The notes under the pieces: model-generated
Seen by the model: the letters and a program-made list of their open reading frames with translations, nothing else
What the model was told of the DNA's origin: nothing
The model's database searches: none
Program-made: the position numbers and the translations under genes
DNA from: a bacterium
Lineage (GTDB): Bacteria; SAR324; XYD2-FULL-50-16
Assembly (NCBI GenBank): GCA_032250835.1
Contig: JAVVEA010000014.1
Coordinates: forward strand, 28,375 to 92,374
Reading direction: 5' to 3'
DNA length: 64,000 bases
In this document: one piece after another, positions 63,603 to 64,000 of the stretch
Position numbering within the stretch: position 1 is the first letter of the stretch
Layout: every line of letters starts with the position of its first letter

Positions 63603-64000
63603 ACTAGCTTTTGGGGCTTCAAGGAAACCCACCTTCTCCAAACATTCCCTTGGTTTTGTTTCCACCTAGCCTTAGCTTAAGGGAAGCAGCAATAAGGCGC
63701 TGCGAGCCCTAACGGTTTTGCAGGGCTTCAGCCAACGCTTCGCGCTGCCCTTGTACTGCTTTGCCCCTAGTTGAACTCTTCTTTAGAGGGGTCTCAGTAG
63801 CCAGACTCCTGGGTCCCCACCCAAGCCCTTTTGTACTGTCCTCAATCGAGCCGACCGGAGTCCCCAATAGGGCGTCTGTGGGGTTTAAAATATTTAAGCT
63901 TAAGTGGTTGTTATGGTTTGGCTCGATTGTATTAAATCTTAGTCTGCAACGCGTTGCTTTCGGTGGAGCAGAAGGGATGACTTCAAGGGGGGAAGGCGGG

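Noticed and set aside
63603-64000. Non-coding tail with short palindromes (for example GCAACGCGTTGC)
   Set aside because: No tRNA, known RNA motif or clear repeat family could be supported; probably the promoter region of the next gene.

Overview
Bacterial chromosomal window, mostly GC-rich, dense in signal-transduction genes. No tRNA, rRNA, CRISPR array, integrase or transposase was recognised. The backbone carries ppc, an RluA-family synthase, a cholesterol-oxidase-like GMC enzyme, several sensor kinases including a CheB/CheR-PAS-HK-REC fusion, a glucosylglycerate synthesis/turnover cluster, a complete sox operon (soxXYZA-K-B-dsrE-CD-H, thioredoxin, rhodanese) converging on a YeeE/YedE transporter, an actP-DUF294-exonuclease module, an MCP and trpE/trpG. 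Two accessory islands each sit between an intact gene and a second copy of that gene's 3' end. Island 1 (12055-17625) is bracketed by a 228-bp direct repeat and two 80-bp hairpin elements that show compensatory base changes. It encodes a shell-less, lipoprotein-like mini-RHS protein, a start-less 948-bp duplicate with a different C-terminal tip, and three paralogous lipoproteins (candidate immunity proteins). Island 2 (about 48961-53443) carries a carbamoyltransferase/SxtJ/SxtK-like trio plus an SGNH hydrolase. Other notable points are three copies of a ChiS-type DNA-binding domain (two stand-alone) and a LolA/B12-radical-SAM/FabG/DUF3261 lipid-modification remnant. All family calls come from motif recognition by eye, and several start codons were re-picked from the ORF track.
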